Assembly: GCA_009602735.1 (NCBI GenBank)
Contig: WELA01003517.1
Coordinates: 242,900 to 306,899 of the forward strand
Length of the DNA: 64,000 bases
Source of the DNA: Mesotaenium endlicherianum
Taxonomy: Eukaryota
Direction: 5' to 3'
The notes beneath the pieces were generated by a model, which saw nothing but the letters and a program-made list of their open reading frames with translations, had not been told where the DNA came from and did no database searches. Position numbers and translations under genes: made by a program. Positions 24,307 to 37,463 of this stretch are shown in pieces (position 1 is the first letter of the stretch; each line of letters opens with the position of its first letter).

Positions 24307-25819
24307 ATGGCTCCCACCACACAAAAGGAGGACAGAAAGCGCAAGGCAGAAGAAGCCAGGAGGACAATGGAGCAATACCAGAAGGAGTTGGCGGCGACGT
24401 CCCTCACCAGGAGAGAACAAGAAAGGGTCCGCAGACAACAAGAGGCGGCAAAAGAAGCACAGAGGAAGAAGGATCAGGAAGCGAAAAACCTCAGGAAAGC
24501 TGAGGAGGAGAGACAGAAGAAACAACAAGAAGAAGCGGCAGCGGCAGAGGAGGAGAGAAGGAAAAAGGCTGAAGCGGACAGGCAGAAGAGCTTGGCCACT
24601 TACAGGTACACTGTGGTGGGTGGCCAAAACTTTGATAACCTGAAGGAAGCATTGCTGGCAGCCCAGGAGATCAACAAGCTGGAACAGACAACACTGCTAC
24701 AGAGGGAAGGAGCTGCAGCACTGGATAGGTACATCGAGACACACACGGGTGTGGTCCTCTACGAAGATTATGCCAAGATGGTGGGCTACACAGCAAAGCA
24801 GGCCCGGTACTTTGCCGATGATTTAGAGGAAGAGCCAGTCCCAATACCGGGAATAGTGGGAGATCAAAGACTCATCAGGATGGTGAGCATGCAGCCCGAT
24901 AGCTTTAAGGATACGATATTCTACCTCACACTACTGCCAGCTTACAATGAAGTTGAGAGAAGGAGCTGGGAGTACTTGGCCAGGGAAGCAGGACAGCAGA
25001 TGTTCTCTCCCCACTGGTTCCCATGTAAACTGAGGAAGGCTGAGCATGGACCCCGGTACTACCAGCAGCCAACAGACTGGAGGTGGATGACCGTCACAAA
25101 CAAAAAGCAGGAGTGTGACCGAGCCCAACCGGATGACTTCCACAATGGCCTAGACGGCTACCTCACCCTACCACCTCACATTGCCCCTTGGGACCCAAGG
25201 CTGAATGGCCGCCTAAGCGATATGAATGCAGAGACCAAAGAGCACAGGAGGAGGGGGAGAGACTACTTCTCTAAGGGAAAGCATGCTTTTGTCAAAAAGG
25301 CGAAGAATGCAGGCCGGATAGATATCAGCAGGCTGAAGGCCAAGCAACCTCCGGCGCGCCCTAAGAAAGGGAGGTCAGTAGACTACTCCATGTCCACCAG
25401 AGAGCAGGACGACTTAGTGGACGAGACTCCTACCCTCTCAGAGGAGGAAGATGAGGAGGATGAGGGAGAAGAACAAGGCAGAGGAGAAACATCAGAACCT
25501 GGTTCTCAGGACACCCAGGGGCAGGCGAGAGCAGGGCTTCCTCAGGAGCCAAGATCAGGAATATGGCATCTGACCCCGATCGTGGAGGTAACCGAACCGC
25601 GCACTCGCTCCCCCAGCCCACCTGCCCAAGCAGGGGAAGAAGCTGATCTGACTGTACTTGGCAGCATACAAAGGCAAAAATCCCCAGAGGATAGGAGAGC
25701 CAGAAGAGGAACACGCGGGGTGGCCAGAGGTATGCCGACCTCTCCCTTCGCTCAGGGGCATGTACCTCTTGCCAATGTATTTCAGCACCCTACTGGAATG
25801 CCTGTCTATGTGGGGATCA
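24307..25819 (+). CDS. ORF3 type II (diverged paralog), truncated at the inversion breakpoint
   Basis: About 500 open codons. Shares YRYTV, LY.DYA.MVGYT, DSFKD, YNEVERRSWE.LARE, PTDWRWMT, LPPHIA.WDPRL.G, FSKGKHA and GHVPLA.V.QHP.GMPVYV with type I. Confidence 0.85.
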
Positions 25820-25844
25820 AGTATGCTTGTAACTGTTCAATTGT

Positions 25845-27124
25845 TAGTCCTGGAGGCATATTAAATACATCCGTGTACTGAGCAACGATTTTTGCAGCAG
25901 TAGGGTGCTCCGGAGGACTTACCTTTTTCTCAACCACTTCTTCAAGTTGAGGAGGTACGTCTCTTAGCAGCAGACAGAACATTCTGTCTTCCTTCTGGTT
26001 CCAGCTTTTGAAGAACTCCATTGCATTCAGCAACTTGCATCCTTCTGGAAACCTCTTCTTTTCTTTCATTTGCCATCCACACAGGACAAGAGGAATAGCA
26101 CTGGTGGGTGCCAAGTCAGTCTGCCCATCACTGGCTCCTCTTACTTTAACTGTACCTCTGCTCTAACACACTTCAGCTTGATGTCTATTAAGCCAGGACC
26201 TGCCAGCACGAGATCATAAAAGCCAGTGTTGAGTACCTCAAATGTAAGCGTTTCAGTTGGAATTGCAATGCCAGAACCTAATTGGACCTCAATAAGCTTG
26301 GTTATAACTCCTCCCGGGATACTTGAGGCATCTCCAAGGAATATTTTTCTATTCCCTTGGGTGACAGTAGGCAGCCTTAGCCGCTTCACTAAGTCCTTGT
26401 GGATCAAAGTATGTGACGCCCCTCCGTCAACAAATGCCCTCACCTTCCTACCTGCAATCATGCAATGCAGTAGGATAAGGGGGACTGTCTTTTCCTGACT
26501 TTCGCATTATTCTCCTGACTTAGCAAAGAAATGTTGGACATCAGGTGGAACAAGAGCATCCAGAGTGTGCACTCTCTGGACGTCTATATTGCTGATGGTC
26601 TCCTTTATCTGGTTGTCAGGCATGCATAGTGAATCCAGTTCAGCAGGACCCATAATACCTGCTACGAGGGCAGCTAGTGACGACTCATTATCTGTAGCAT
26701 CCTCACAGTCAGTAGACTGGATTACTGACTGTTGCTGTCTTTTAAAGGCTGGTCTTTTCTCTCGACCTTTGGGAGGTGCTTGGCTGGACACTGCTCTTTG
26801 AAGTGACCCGTCTGCTGGCAATAGAAGCAAATCGATTTTGCTGAGGCTGGTCTCGGCTTAGTCCTACCACCACCGCTTCCAAAGCTGCCTCGAGAGAAAC
26901 CACCTCTACCTCTAGACTGTATAGCATTATACTCATACCCATATTCATCACCCTGATCATCCTCAGCCTGGTCTCCTTCAATTGCATTGTAGGAATTGTG
27001 GGGCTTTTTGACAACCTTCGACACCAAAGCATTACTCTGGCGCTTGTGATGAACTGCTGCTCATCCCAGGCATTAGCATCCTGGATCAAGTCAGCCAGTT
27101 TCTCATACTTCTTCTCAGCAAAAT
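25845..27124 (-). pseudogene. Element A gag 3' end plus protease region (reverse, decayed)
   Basis: Minus-strand ORFs match B gag end (CFYCQQTGHFKEQC) and PR (VDGGAS). Confidence 0.9.
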
Positions 27125-30100
27125 AAGTTCAGCCTGCTGAACTCTAGTTAACAATCAGTCTGCTGGACTTTATATTTAATATCTGTTTAATGACTCAGGC
27201 CGGAAGTAGCAGGCTGATGTCAGCTTAAGTCAGCTTGCTGACACATTCTTTGACAGCCAGCTGACTTCCGTACTCGGTAGCAGCGAATTGCCTCGATATG
27301 CATCTAAGTGTGGTATACTAGATGAATGGCCAGATGACATCCCTATGATGGATGGCGATTCGGGATGATGGAAGATGGCGGTGGATTTGGTTAACCGAGG
27401 TCCTACCAACAAGGTTAACTCCCGGGTAGGCGGTGCCATCGCACTGACCGTTGAACAGTAAACTCATTCCATGTACATATGCTAGGCATTGCTCTCGAGT
27501 TCGGCATTTGGAAACGAGGCCAACTCTCTTGTACAGCTTACTAAGAGGGATCAGAATCCAAGGCGAGAAGCCATTGATACGCACTGTCTTCTAACCTTGC
27601 TTATGTATGAGTATACTGATTTGGATTATTGATGCTAGTTTACTCGCATTTGACTTACGAGTATTATTCCCTGCTAGTGTGTTGTCCTTTGCCGTTTAAC
27701 CAGTTAACGGAAAATATCATAAAGATTACTTGCTGGTATAAAGATCTTTATTAATTGTTAATCTCCTATTTGGTAAGTTGATTCATTTCAGTGGTATCGG
27801 AGCAGTTATTACAGTCTTCTTTGTATGGTAAGGACAAGGTCTCAAACTAGCAACTCCCAAGACATGGAGAACCAAGATAACGAAAATGTCGAAAACCAGG
27901 CGGAAAGCCACGTAGCGGGAACCCGTACCTATTCTGAAGCAGTGGCAGATACTGCAGCTAGAGAGGCTGCAGATGAGGCAGCTGCTATTGCCGCAGTCAC
28001 AGCACAGCAAGCTGAGGAGGAGAGAGCCAGATTAGAAGCTAGATTAGATTAGCAAAGGCCGCTGAAGATACAGAAAGAAGGGAAGGACAGCCAGCTGACG
28101 AGCGCACTGTTGAAGAACTTATGGCATCAAGGGCCAATGTTTTGAACCCACCTCCTGCTGTACAACTCAATGTACCCCTATGTCAAATACGTGACCGACT
28201 GAATGCGGCAGGACTTGCTGCTGCAGGAGCGAGAGGGACTGTTGAGGACACTACTTAGCGAGTAGATGCCAATGCTGCTGCTGCATTTGCTTGACAACCA
28301 CCCCAGAGTGTAGACTTGGGAGCATTGTTCGTTCAAATGCAGTCGCAAATGGCGACCATGTATCAGTCCCAACAGGAGGACAAAAGAATCATAATGTCTC
28401 TACTGCGGGACAGAGACCAACTGGGGTCTCAAACCACTAGTGGTGGTGGCCGAGGGCCTACTAAGCCCAAGCCGAAACCTCCCCAAGAATATGATCCTGA
28501 GGGAAATAGAAAATACTACTTGATCAAGTTTCTCGCTAATGTTGAGCAGGGGCTGGAGAACTATCCGAAACTGCAAGATTACGAGAAGGTCAGGCACACC
28601 GGTGCGCTACTGAAAGGCGGTGCCGCAGACTGGTGGCTTTCCTGGAAAGGAGAGCGTAAGGCTCGGCAACTCGGTGACCCTACGTGGGTAGAGTTTGTTG
28701 AGAAGTTGCATGAGAAGTTTGATGTCATCAACCAGCAGGAGAAAGCTATCTATGCGATGATCTTCCTGACAGTGCAGCAGACCGCTTCAGTTGCTGAGTT
28801 TGCTCAAAAGTTCCAGGAGAACATGATGAAGCAGCCAGACTTGCCAGAACGGTATAGGATAGCATACTTCAGGTATGGCTTGAAATCCGAAGTCTCTGGT
28901 CATTTCGTTGAGAAGAAGTATGAGAAACTGGCTGACTTGATCCAGGATGCTGACGCCTAGGATCAGCAGCAGTTCAATCACAAGCGCCAGAGTAATGCTT
29001 TCGTGTCTAAGATTGTCAAAAAGCCCCACGATTCCTACAATGCAATTGAAAGAGAACAGACTGAGGATGATCAGGGTGATGGCTATGAGTATGAGTATAA
29101 TGCCATACAGTCTAGAGGTAGAGGTGGCTTCCCTCGAGGCGGCTATGGAAGAGGTGGTGGTAGGACTAAGCCGAGACCAGCCTCAGCAAAATCCACTTGC
29201 TTCCATTGCCAGCAGCCAAGTCACTTCAGAGAACAGTGTCCAGTCAAGCACCTCCCAAAAGTCGAGAGAAAAGACCAGCCTTTAAAAGACAGCAACAATC
29301 AGTAATCCAGTCTACTGACTGTGAGGATGCTAGAGATAGTGAGTCGTCACTAGCTGCCCCCGTAGCAGGTATTATGGGTCCTGCTGATCTGGATTCACTA
29401 TGCATGCCTAACAACCAGATAAAGGAGACCATCAGCAATATAGACATCCAGAGAGTGCAAACTCTGGATGCTCTTGTTCCACCTGATGTCCAACATTTCT
29501 TTGCTAAGTCAAGAGAACAATGCGAAAGTCAGGAAAAGACAGTCCCCCCTATCCTACTGCATTGCATGATTGCAGGTAGGAAGGTGAGGGCATTTGTTGA
29601 CGGAGGGGCGTCACATACTTTTATCCACAAGGACTTAGTTAAGCGGCTAAGGCTGCCTACTGTCACCCAAGGGAATAGAAAAATATTCCTTGGAGATGCC
29701 TCAAGTATCCCGGGAGGAGTTATAACCAAGCCTATTGAGGTCCAGTTAGGTTATGGCATTGCAATTCTAACTGAAACGCTTACATTTGAGGTACTCAACA
29801 CTGGCTTTTATGATCTCGTGCTGGGCAGGTCCTGGCTTAATAGACATCAAGCTGAAGTGTGTTGGAGCAGAGGTACAGTTAAAGTAAGAGGAGCCAGTGA
29901 TGGGCAGACTGACTTGGCACCCACCAGTGCTCTTCCTCTTGTCCTGTGTGGATGGCAAATGAAGGAAAAGAAGAGGCTTCCAGAAGGATGCAAGTTGCTG
30001 AATGCAATGGAGTTCGTCAAAAGCTGGAACCAGAAGGAAGACAGAATGTTCTGTCTGCTGCTAAGAGAGGTACCTCCTCAACCTGAAGAAGTGGTTGAGA

Positions 30101-33100
30101 AATAGGTAAGCCCACCGGAGCACCCTACTGCTGCAAAAATTGTTGCTCAGTACACTGATGTATTTAATATGCCTCCAGGACTACCTCCTAAGAGGGAAGT
30201 AGATCATTGGATTGATTAATTACCTGGTAGTCAGCCACCTTGGCAACGCACTTATGGCTTGTCTTATGTGGAGAGCGAGGAGTTGAAAACACAGATTGCA
30301 GAGCTTGAGGAAAATGGTCATATTTCCCCCAGTAAGTCACCTTACGGCGCACCCATTTTATTTGTTTAGAAAAAGGATGGCAGTATGCGGATGTGTGTGG
30401 ACTACAGAGTCCTGAACAGAATTACGGTAAAGAACAAGTATTTTTTACCCAGAATCGAGGACTTGCTTGATACCCTGTCTGGTGCTAAGGTGTTCAGTAA
30501 GATAGATCTCAAGAGTGGTTATCATCAAATCAGAATTGCTGAAGGGGATGAACACAAGACTGCCTTCCGCACACGTTACGGACATTATGAGTTCAACGTG
30601 ATGCCATTCGGACTGACTAATGCTCCCGCAACATTTATGGGTGCTATGAATGACATTTTCAGGCCTTATTTGGATAAATTTGTGCAGGTTTTCCTGGATG
30701 ATATTTTAATTTTCTCTAAAGATGAGACTCAGCACGCTAAACACTTAAAGACAGTTATATGCTAAAATGAGGAAGTGTGATTTCTTTAAGGAAAGTATTG
30801 AATTTTTAGGCCACGTTGTCAGTAAAGAGGGCATCAGTGTGGACCCTAAGAAAGTCCAGACCATAAAGGACTGGCCAGTACCACAGAGTGTCTCTGAAGT
30901 TAGATCCTTCCTCGGGTTGGCTAACTACTATAGGAGATTTATTGAGAATTATTCCACAAAGGCCAGTAAACTGACTGACCTTACTAAGAAAGACATAGGG
31001 TATGTGTGGGGGGAAGAGCAACAGGCTGCCTTCCAGACCCTTAAAGATGCCCTTTGTTCTGCCCCAGTGCTAGCCGTGTATGACCCCAGCAAACCGGTGC
31101 AGGTGGTCACTGATGCCTCTGACTTTGCCATGGGTGCTATTTTGTTGCAGCCTGCTGACAAAACCACAAAGGATGGTAAGGTACGGCAGGAGTGGCATCC
31201 TGTGTTTTACGAATCTATGAAATTTAATCCAGCGGAGATTAATTACTCAGTGCATGATAAAGAGCTGCTAGCTATCATTCATGTGCTCAAACAGCGGAGA
31301 GCATACTTACATGGTAAGGCCTTTAAGGTGATTACAGATCATCTAGCTCTGACTCACTTTCAGAAGAAGTCCAAGCTGTCGAGGAGGGAGAACCGCTGGA
31401 GCCAGATGCTGGAGCAATTCCAAGTCCAAATTGACTACAAACCAGGGAAGTTGAATCCTGCTGATGCACTCTCTAGAAGACTTGACTTGCAAGAAAGGAA
31501 CTTTAGTCAGCATGGTGTAGATAAAGTCCTGTGTGCACTCACTTTACTAAAGGTGAAAAAGTCCTTCCTTGAACAACTTAGGAAAGCCTACCTTTCGGAC
31601 CCAACATTTGAGCCCAGCCCCACTACTGGTGTGTGTCGTGCTACTACACTCAGGTATAAACTTAAGGGAGGGGTCTGGGTGACTGAAACCACTTCAGGCA
31701 GGCTGAAGCTGGTCATTCCTAATAACTTGGAAATAAATTTTCTTTTATTGAGTCAAGCACATGACAGTGTACTGGGTGGGCATTTGGGGCAGGCCAAAAC
31801 TGTTGGCAAACTGGCAAAACATTATCATTGGGAAGGGTTGCCCCAGGAGGTCTTGAAATATGTGCAGTCCTGTGATCAGTGTCAAAGAAATAAGTCTAGT
31901 CACACACCACCGGGAGGTCTCTTGCAATCGCTGCCCATCCCAGCGGGACGCTGGGAAACTATATGCATGGACTGGGTGGTCACACTGCCACGAACGGCTA
32001 ATGGGCATGATTCGATACTAGTAGTCGTGGATAAACTAACGAAAATGGTCATTTTCATCCCCACAACTGTCAAAGTAACTGCACTCGAAACAGCGAGACA
32101 GTTCTACAACCATGTAGTATGCCAACATGGGCTACCCTCTAATATCATCCAAGACCGAGACTCAAAATTTACCTCTAAGTTCAAGAGAGCTTTAATGGGA
32201 TTAATGGGAGTCAAACAGCTGCTCAGCACAGCAAACCACCCTCAAACTGATGGGCAGACTGAAAGAACTAACCGATATCTGCAGGAGGTCCTGAGAGCAT
32301 ATATTAACCAAAAACAAGATAATTGGGATGACCTGTTGCCTCAAATTCAGTTTGCAGTCAACAATGCGGTGCACGCGTCAACGGGCAAGACTCCTTTTGA
32401 ACTCAGCCTCGGTAGAGCCCCTAAGTCTCCTTTAGATGTACTGGGGGAGTCTTTAACTGACCCAGAAGGGATTGACAACCCGGTCTCCCTCCAGTTAACT
32501 CAGGAGTTTGCTGACACCCTGTCAGAAGTCCAACAAAACGTGCACAAAGCCCAAGAAAACCAACAAAAATACGCTAATCAACACCGTCGGTGTAATGTAT
32601 CAGTTCATTATTTATTTAATAAATTGCATATATAAATATAACACTAAATAAGTATTATGTCTATATACTCACATGTGCGAGTTCATCTAAATGAATGTAT
32701 GTCGATGTAATGCGAGTTTACTTACTTTGTCAAAAAGGTCAGCAGAATGACTTTTGTACCATAGTGTGGTTTGCTGACATTGTTGAAAAGGTCAGCAGGA
32801 TGACTTTTTTATCATAGTATAGTTTGCTGAGATTTATATATCAGTTATATACAGGATATAATATCAGTAGGTTGACATATAGTAAGCTCGCTTGATATTA
32901 GTCAACATACTTAGCTTCAGTACGCTGAGGATACACATATTCATTTAGATTGTTATTTGTAGATTGGCACATGTGACCGTAGTATACTGAAAGTCGGGAG
33001 GTCGACTGAGATTTGGTAAACCAATGTCCTACCAGTGTGATTAACTCCTGGGTAGGCGGAGCCGTCGTCAGTCAACTGAACAGTTAGGACTTCAGTCAAC

Positions 33101-36100
33101 CGACCAATTAATATGGTCGTTATACCTAGATCCGTGGGTCCCAACTTAACGGGTTTCCCACGAAACGGCGCACCTTGCGCCGTGGTCAACCAGGTGGTCA
33201 CTAGGTACATAGCAGGCTGGGATCTCGTGGTCGCTCATTCTGGACAGTAGGCTTTACAGTCGGATTTCTACTTGCAAGTCATGTGTGCACTTTTGGGTTC
33301 GTTCTAATGACCAGCCTTCACAGAAATTAACATGGTTGCTTTGTCTGCGCTCCAAATGGGACGAACTAGGACTTTTCGGAAAGGTCTCGTCAAGATGCAT
33401 CCGTTGCCGTTAAGTTTGAAGTAGTATTGGCAGAGTTATGCCCTCTGACATTTCGGGGTCACACAGCGGACAGATTCCATGGTTTTGCACCTAAGTCAGT
33501 GGGATGTGATTTAGCTACATTATGGTCATCTGAATGAGAGCGCCTTTGCAATTCAGTCCCCTGATGTTGTGCATGTGCTATACATGCTTGCATGCTTGGT
33601 AGGCAAGAGGCCATGAGTTTCTAAAGGAGAAGCTCTACTCCTCAAGCTCGCCTCTTTCTTGTGCCTTGTATTCGCGTGCAACTATGGCACACTACGATGA
33701 GCGAATCAAGGGTTATAGATGAGTAAACGGAATTCATTATAAGGGCGAAGATCGCTCCCTGATTTCACACGCTTCCACCTATCTCTGATCTTTTATATTT
33801 AAATGAAATATATTAATCTTGAATAAGCAAGATTCATTTCAGTCAGGAGCTGACTTTTTCTAAGGGCGATTTAGTCAAACTGCATTCTTAGCACCTGTAC
33901 CTCCCTGGTGTGGTCAAGAAGAAGCTTGGCCCTGTCTGGGTCGGTCCATATTCGGTAGTGCGTCGTGTCGGTCGAAATGCTTACAAACTGAACATGTCAG
34001 CGAACTACAAGGGTCACCAGGTCTTTAATGTCTCCTTCCTGGAACCATACACCAAAGGTGATACACTGTTCACAGGTCGGTTACCTGTCCAAACGGGACC
34101 GGTCCCCGCTGTCGGGACGGCGACCCTGACGAATATGAGGTCAATGAGATTTTAGACGCTCGCTCGGTCCGTCAATCGTCTAAATATGTCATGAAGTACC
34201 TCATCCGATGGAAGGGTTACGATGCCTCTGAGGATACTTGGGAATTTAAGGACCAGCTGACCAATGCCAAAGGGGCGTTGAAACGGTTCCACCTTTGGGA
34301 GGCTGGGGCACCGCCCAAACTGTCACTTCAGTAGACATTGGAAGGTGACAGGAGGTCCTGTCTCCATATAAGTTGGAGGGGGATGTGACAGTTAGTGACA
34401 GTTGTGACAGGCAGCCCACCTTTAGACTTAAGTTGGAGGGAGTGGTATTCTGTTTCGGGATCAGCCGGAAAATCTCTGATAACCATATTACACACTCAAC
34501 CTGCGCTCACACTCACTTTCTCAACAAACTCAATCTTTCCCTTATATTCACACACACCAGGTATTTCACACTAGGAACTCTCTCGAGCGCGTTCCTCTTC
34601 ATCAAGGGTACTCGGTAGCGAAAAATATCATGGATTCACTGACTGCATTGTGTTTATGATTGAGCAGGATGACTCAAAAGTTGGAACTCAAGAGTAAGAG
34701 AAGGGCGAAAGAGGCACATGCAGAATACTTGCAATTCCGTGGAGACATCGAATCATCCTCCATCTCCGCTCGGGAATCACAACGACTCCAACAACAGCGG
34801 GAGGCACAGAAGAAGAAGGAGGAGGAGGAACAGGTCAGACTGAGGCAGGAAGAACTAGACAGAAAAGCTGCAGAGGAGGCCAAGAAAGCAGAGGAGGAGA
34901 GGCAAGCTGAGGAGAAGCGGAAGCAGCAGGCTGAAGAAGAGCAGAGGAGAATCAGCAGCTACCGCTATACAGTACTGGGCAAGAGCTTCAATCTACTAGA
35001 GGAGGCCTTCAAGTATGCTCAGAGAAGTCGCAGTGAGTCACAGAAGGACATCCTTCAGAAGGAAGGGGAGACATCCGAACACTTTGACAAGTATATAGAG
35101 GTCAGCACGGGGCTCCTCCTCTACCACGATTACGCCAGGATGGTAGGATATACGATCAGGGAGGCCAAGGCAATGGCCCAGGTGAACGAAGCAGGGGCTG
35201 TATCGATTCTTGGTTTTTGGGGGGAAGGTAGGGTCATCAGAATGATCCCCATGGACGCGGACAGCTTTAAGGACTCTACACCCCATAACCGGTTCAAGGC
35301 CATGTATAATGAGGTGGAGAGGAGAAGCTGGGAATTCTTGGCCAGGGAAACCAGTCAGCTAGACTTTGCAGGGCACTGGTACTCTTGTACTCTTAAAAGG
35401 ACAGAACCTGCCTTCTTCCAGAAGCCCACCAATTGGCGGTGGATGACCATCAACATGAGGGACCAGCAGAATGACAGGGCGATGGATGAGGATTTCCTGA
35501 CAGACCTAAAGGGGAACATAGTATTGCCCCCTCACATTGCGGCTTGGGACCCATGATTGGATGGAGTCACAGACTGCATGAGCCAAGAAATGCAGGGGGA
35601 CAGAAGCAGGGCCCGAGAGTCATTCTCAAAAGGGAAGCACGCTTATGCCAAATGGGCAAGGAAGCAGGGGGAAAAGGACCTGTATGCGGTCCGGACTCAG
35701 CAGTCCCCAGCACCCAAAAGGGGAAGGTCAGTGGGATATTCTTTTTCTCAGGAAGAGCTAGAACAGCTGACAGAAGAGACCCCAGAAGTCTCAGAGGAAC
35801 CCGGGGACGGAGAGGAGGAGGAGTCTGAGGAAGACGAGGAGGAAGGCGAGGAGGAGGACACTAGCCCCGCCGTGATCCTGACACCTGCCACATCCCCTGT
35901 AAGGGAGAAGACGGGGTTGGCCCTGCAGCAACTCGCTGAAGAGGAGGATATCACTTGGCTGGGAACTGCCAGAGGACAGAGCCCATCTCCAGGCACGGAG
36001 ACCCAGTCAGACAGGGCAGACAGGAGGGCTGCTAGAGAAATAGCCAGAGGCCTGCCGGCATCTCCCTCGCAAAGAGGGCATGTACCCTTAGCTCATGTTA

Positions 36101-37167
36101 TGCAACATCCTTTTGGGATGCCGGTATACGTACCAGTCAGTTTGAGGGATGCCCAGGAGAAGGCTGCCTCCATTCAGTTTCAAACCGTGCAGGAGGAAAC
36201 AGCACATTTACTGCGTTCTCCGCCGGGTCCTTACACGGAACCTCCCTCTTTGACAGGCTTCAAAAGACCCCAAGACAGGAGGAGGACTGACTCCCCTGAC
36301 TATAGGGCCCCAGGGGCATCTCCCTCCTAAGGGCGGAAGGCCAAGGGCACAGCATGCTGGATGGGAGAGGGATCAGTATTTTCAGTCGGGGAAACCTATG
36401 TACCCTGTGTCAGTATTGTCGAGGCGAGAACATGTTAAGCTGGAGGGATTGTAATGAATCAGTATATTGGTTGATATAATATTCATTTACATATAACAAT
36501 TAAATTAGTTCAGTTTGCTGACCTCTAGTTAATAATCAGTCTGTTGGACTTTATAATTAATATCAGTTTAATGACTCAGCCAGAAGCAGCAGGCTGAAAG
36601 CTTAAGTCAGCTTGCTGACACATTCTTTGACAGCCAGCTGACTTCCGTACTCGGTAGCAGCGAACTGCCTCGATATGCATCTAAGTGTGGTATGCTAGAT
36701 GAGTGGCCAGGTGACATCCCTATGATAGATGGCGATACGGGATGATGGGAGATGGCGGTGGATTTGGTTAACCGAGGTCCTACCAACGTGGTTAACTCCC
36801 GGGTAGGCGGTGCCATTGCACTGGGCGTTGAACAGTAAACTCATTCCATGTACATACGCCAGGCATTGCTCTCGAGTTCGGCATTTGGAAACGAGGCCAA
36901 CTCTCTTGTACAGCTTACTGAAAGAGATTTGAATCCAAGGCGAGAAGCCATTGATACGCACTGTCTTCTAACCTTGCTTATGTATGAGTTTACTGATTTG
37001 CATTATTGATGCTAGTTTACTCGCATTTGACTTACGAGTATTATTCCCTGCTAGTGTGTTGTCCTTTGCCGTTTAACCACTTAACAAAAAATACCATAAA
37101 GATTACTTGCTGATATAAAGATCTTTATTAATTGTTAATCGCCTATTTGGTAAGTCGATTCATTTCA
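27121..37167 (+). mobile_element. Element C: decayed fam1 chromovirus (5' LTR 27121-27790 lacks its first ~50 bp; 3' LTR 36450-37167)
   Basis: PBS at 27792; fragmented gag and pol; ORF3 34669-36330 with one in-frame TGA at 35554; PPT. Confidence 0.92.
32591..33841 (+). mobile_element. fam3 solo LTR (1251 bp) inserted in the integrase of element C
   Basis: TGTAATG...GATTCATTTCA termini; TSD GTCGG/GTCAG (one mismatch); C pol resumes after it. Confidence 0.88.
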
Positions 37168-37463
37168 CGTCCCTACTATTCCAGTGACCATCAAATGCCC
37201 CATGACGAGCGCTGCAAATTGTATCTCCTTAGTTAGCAAAAGGATAGGTCACATCCAAAAAAACATTGGTAGATGGGGATGGATGGGTTAATTTTGACGT
37301 GTACGCTAGGGTACAACCGATGACTCCGGAATAGGTGTGGGTAAATTCCAGAAAATTTGCAATTGACCTCGTAAGGTCAATTACGTTTTGACCTATTCTG
37401 TTTTTTTCACGTAAGGTTTCAATTGTAAACGTCAATTAGTTGAATAGGAAGCAGCCCGCCTAA

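Larger units (their letters stand above)
11433..25819 (+). mobile_element. Element A, inverted internal segment (decayed fam1 chromovirus pol plus type-II ORF3), host to element B and a fam2 solo LTR
   Basis: pol fragment 11433-12145 resumes seamlessly at 20970 (GACTGG|CCAGTA). RNase H, integrase and chromodomain continue with stops and frameshifts to 23164. Confidence 0.85.
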
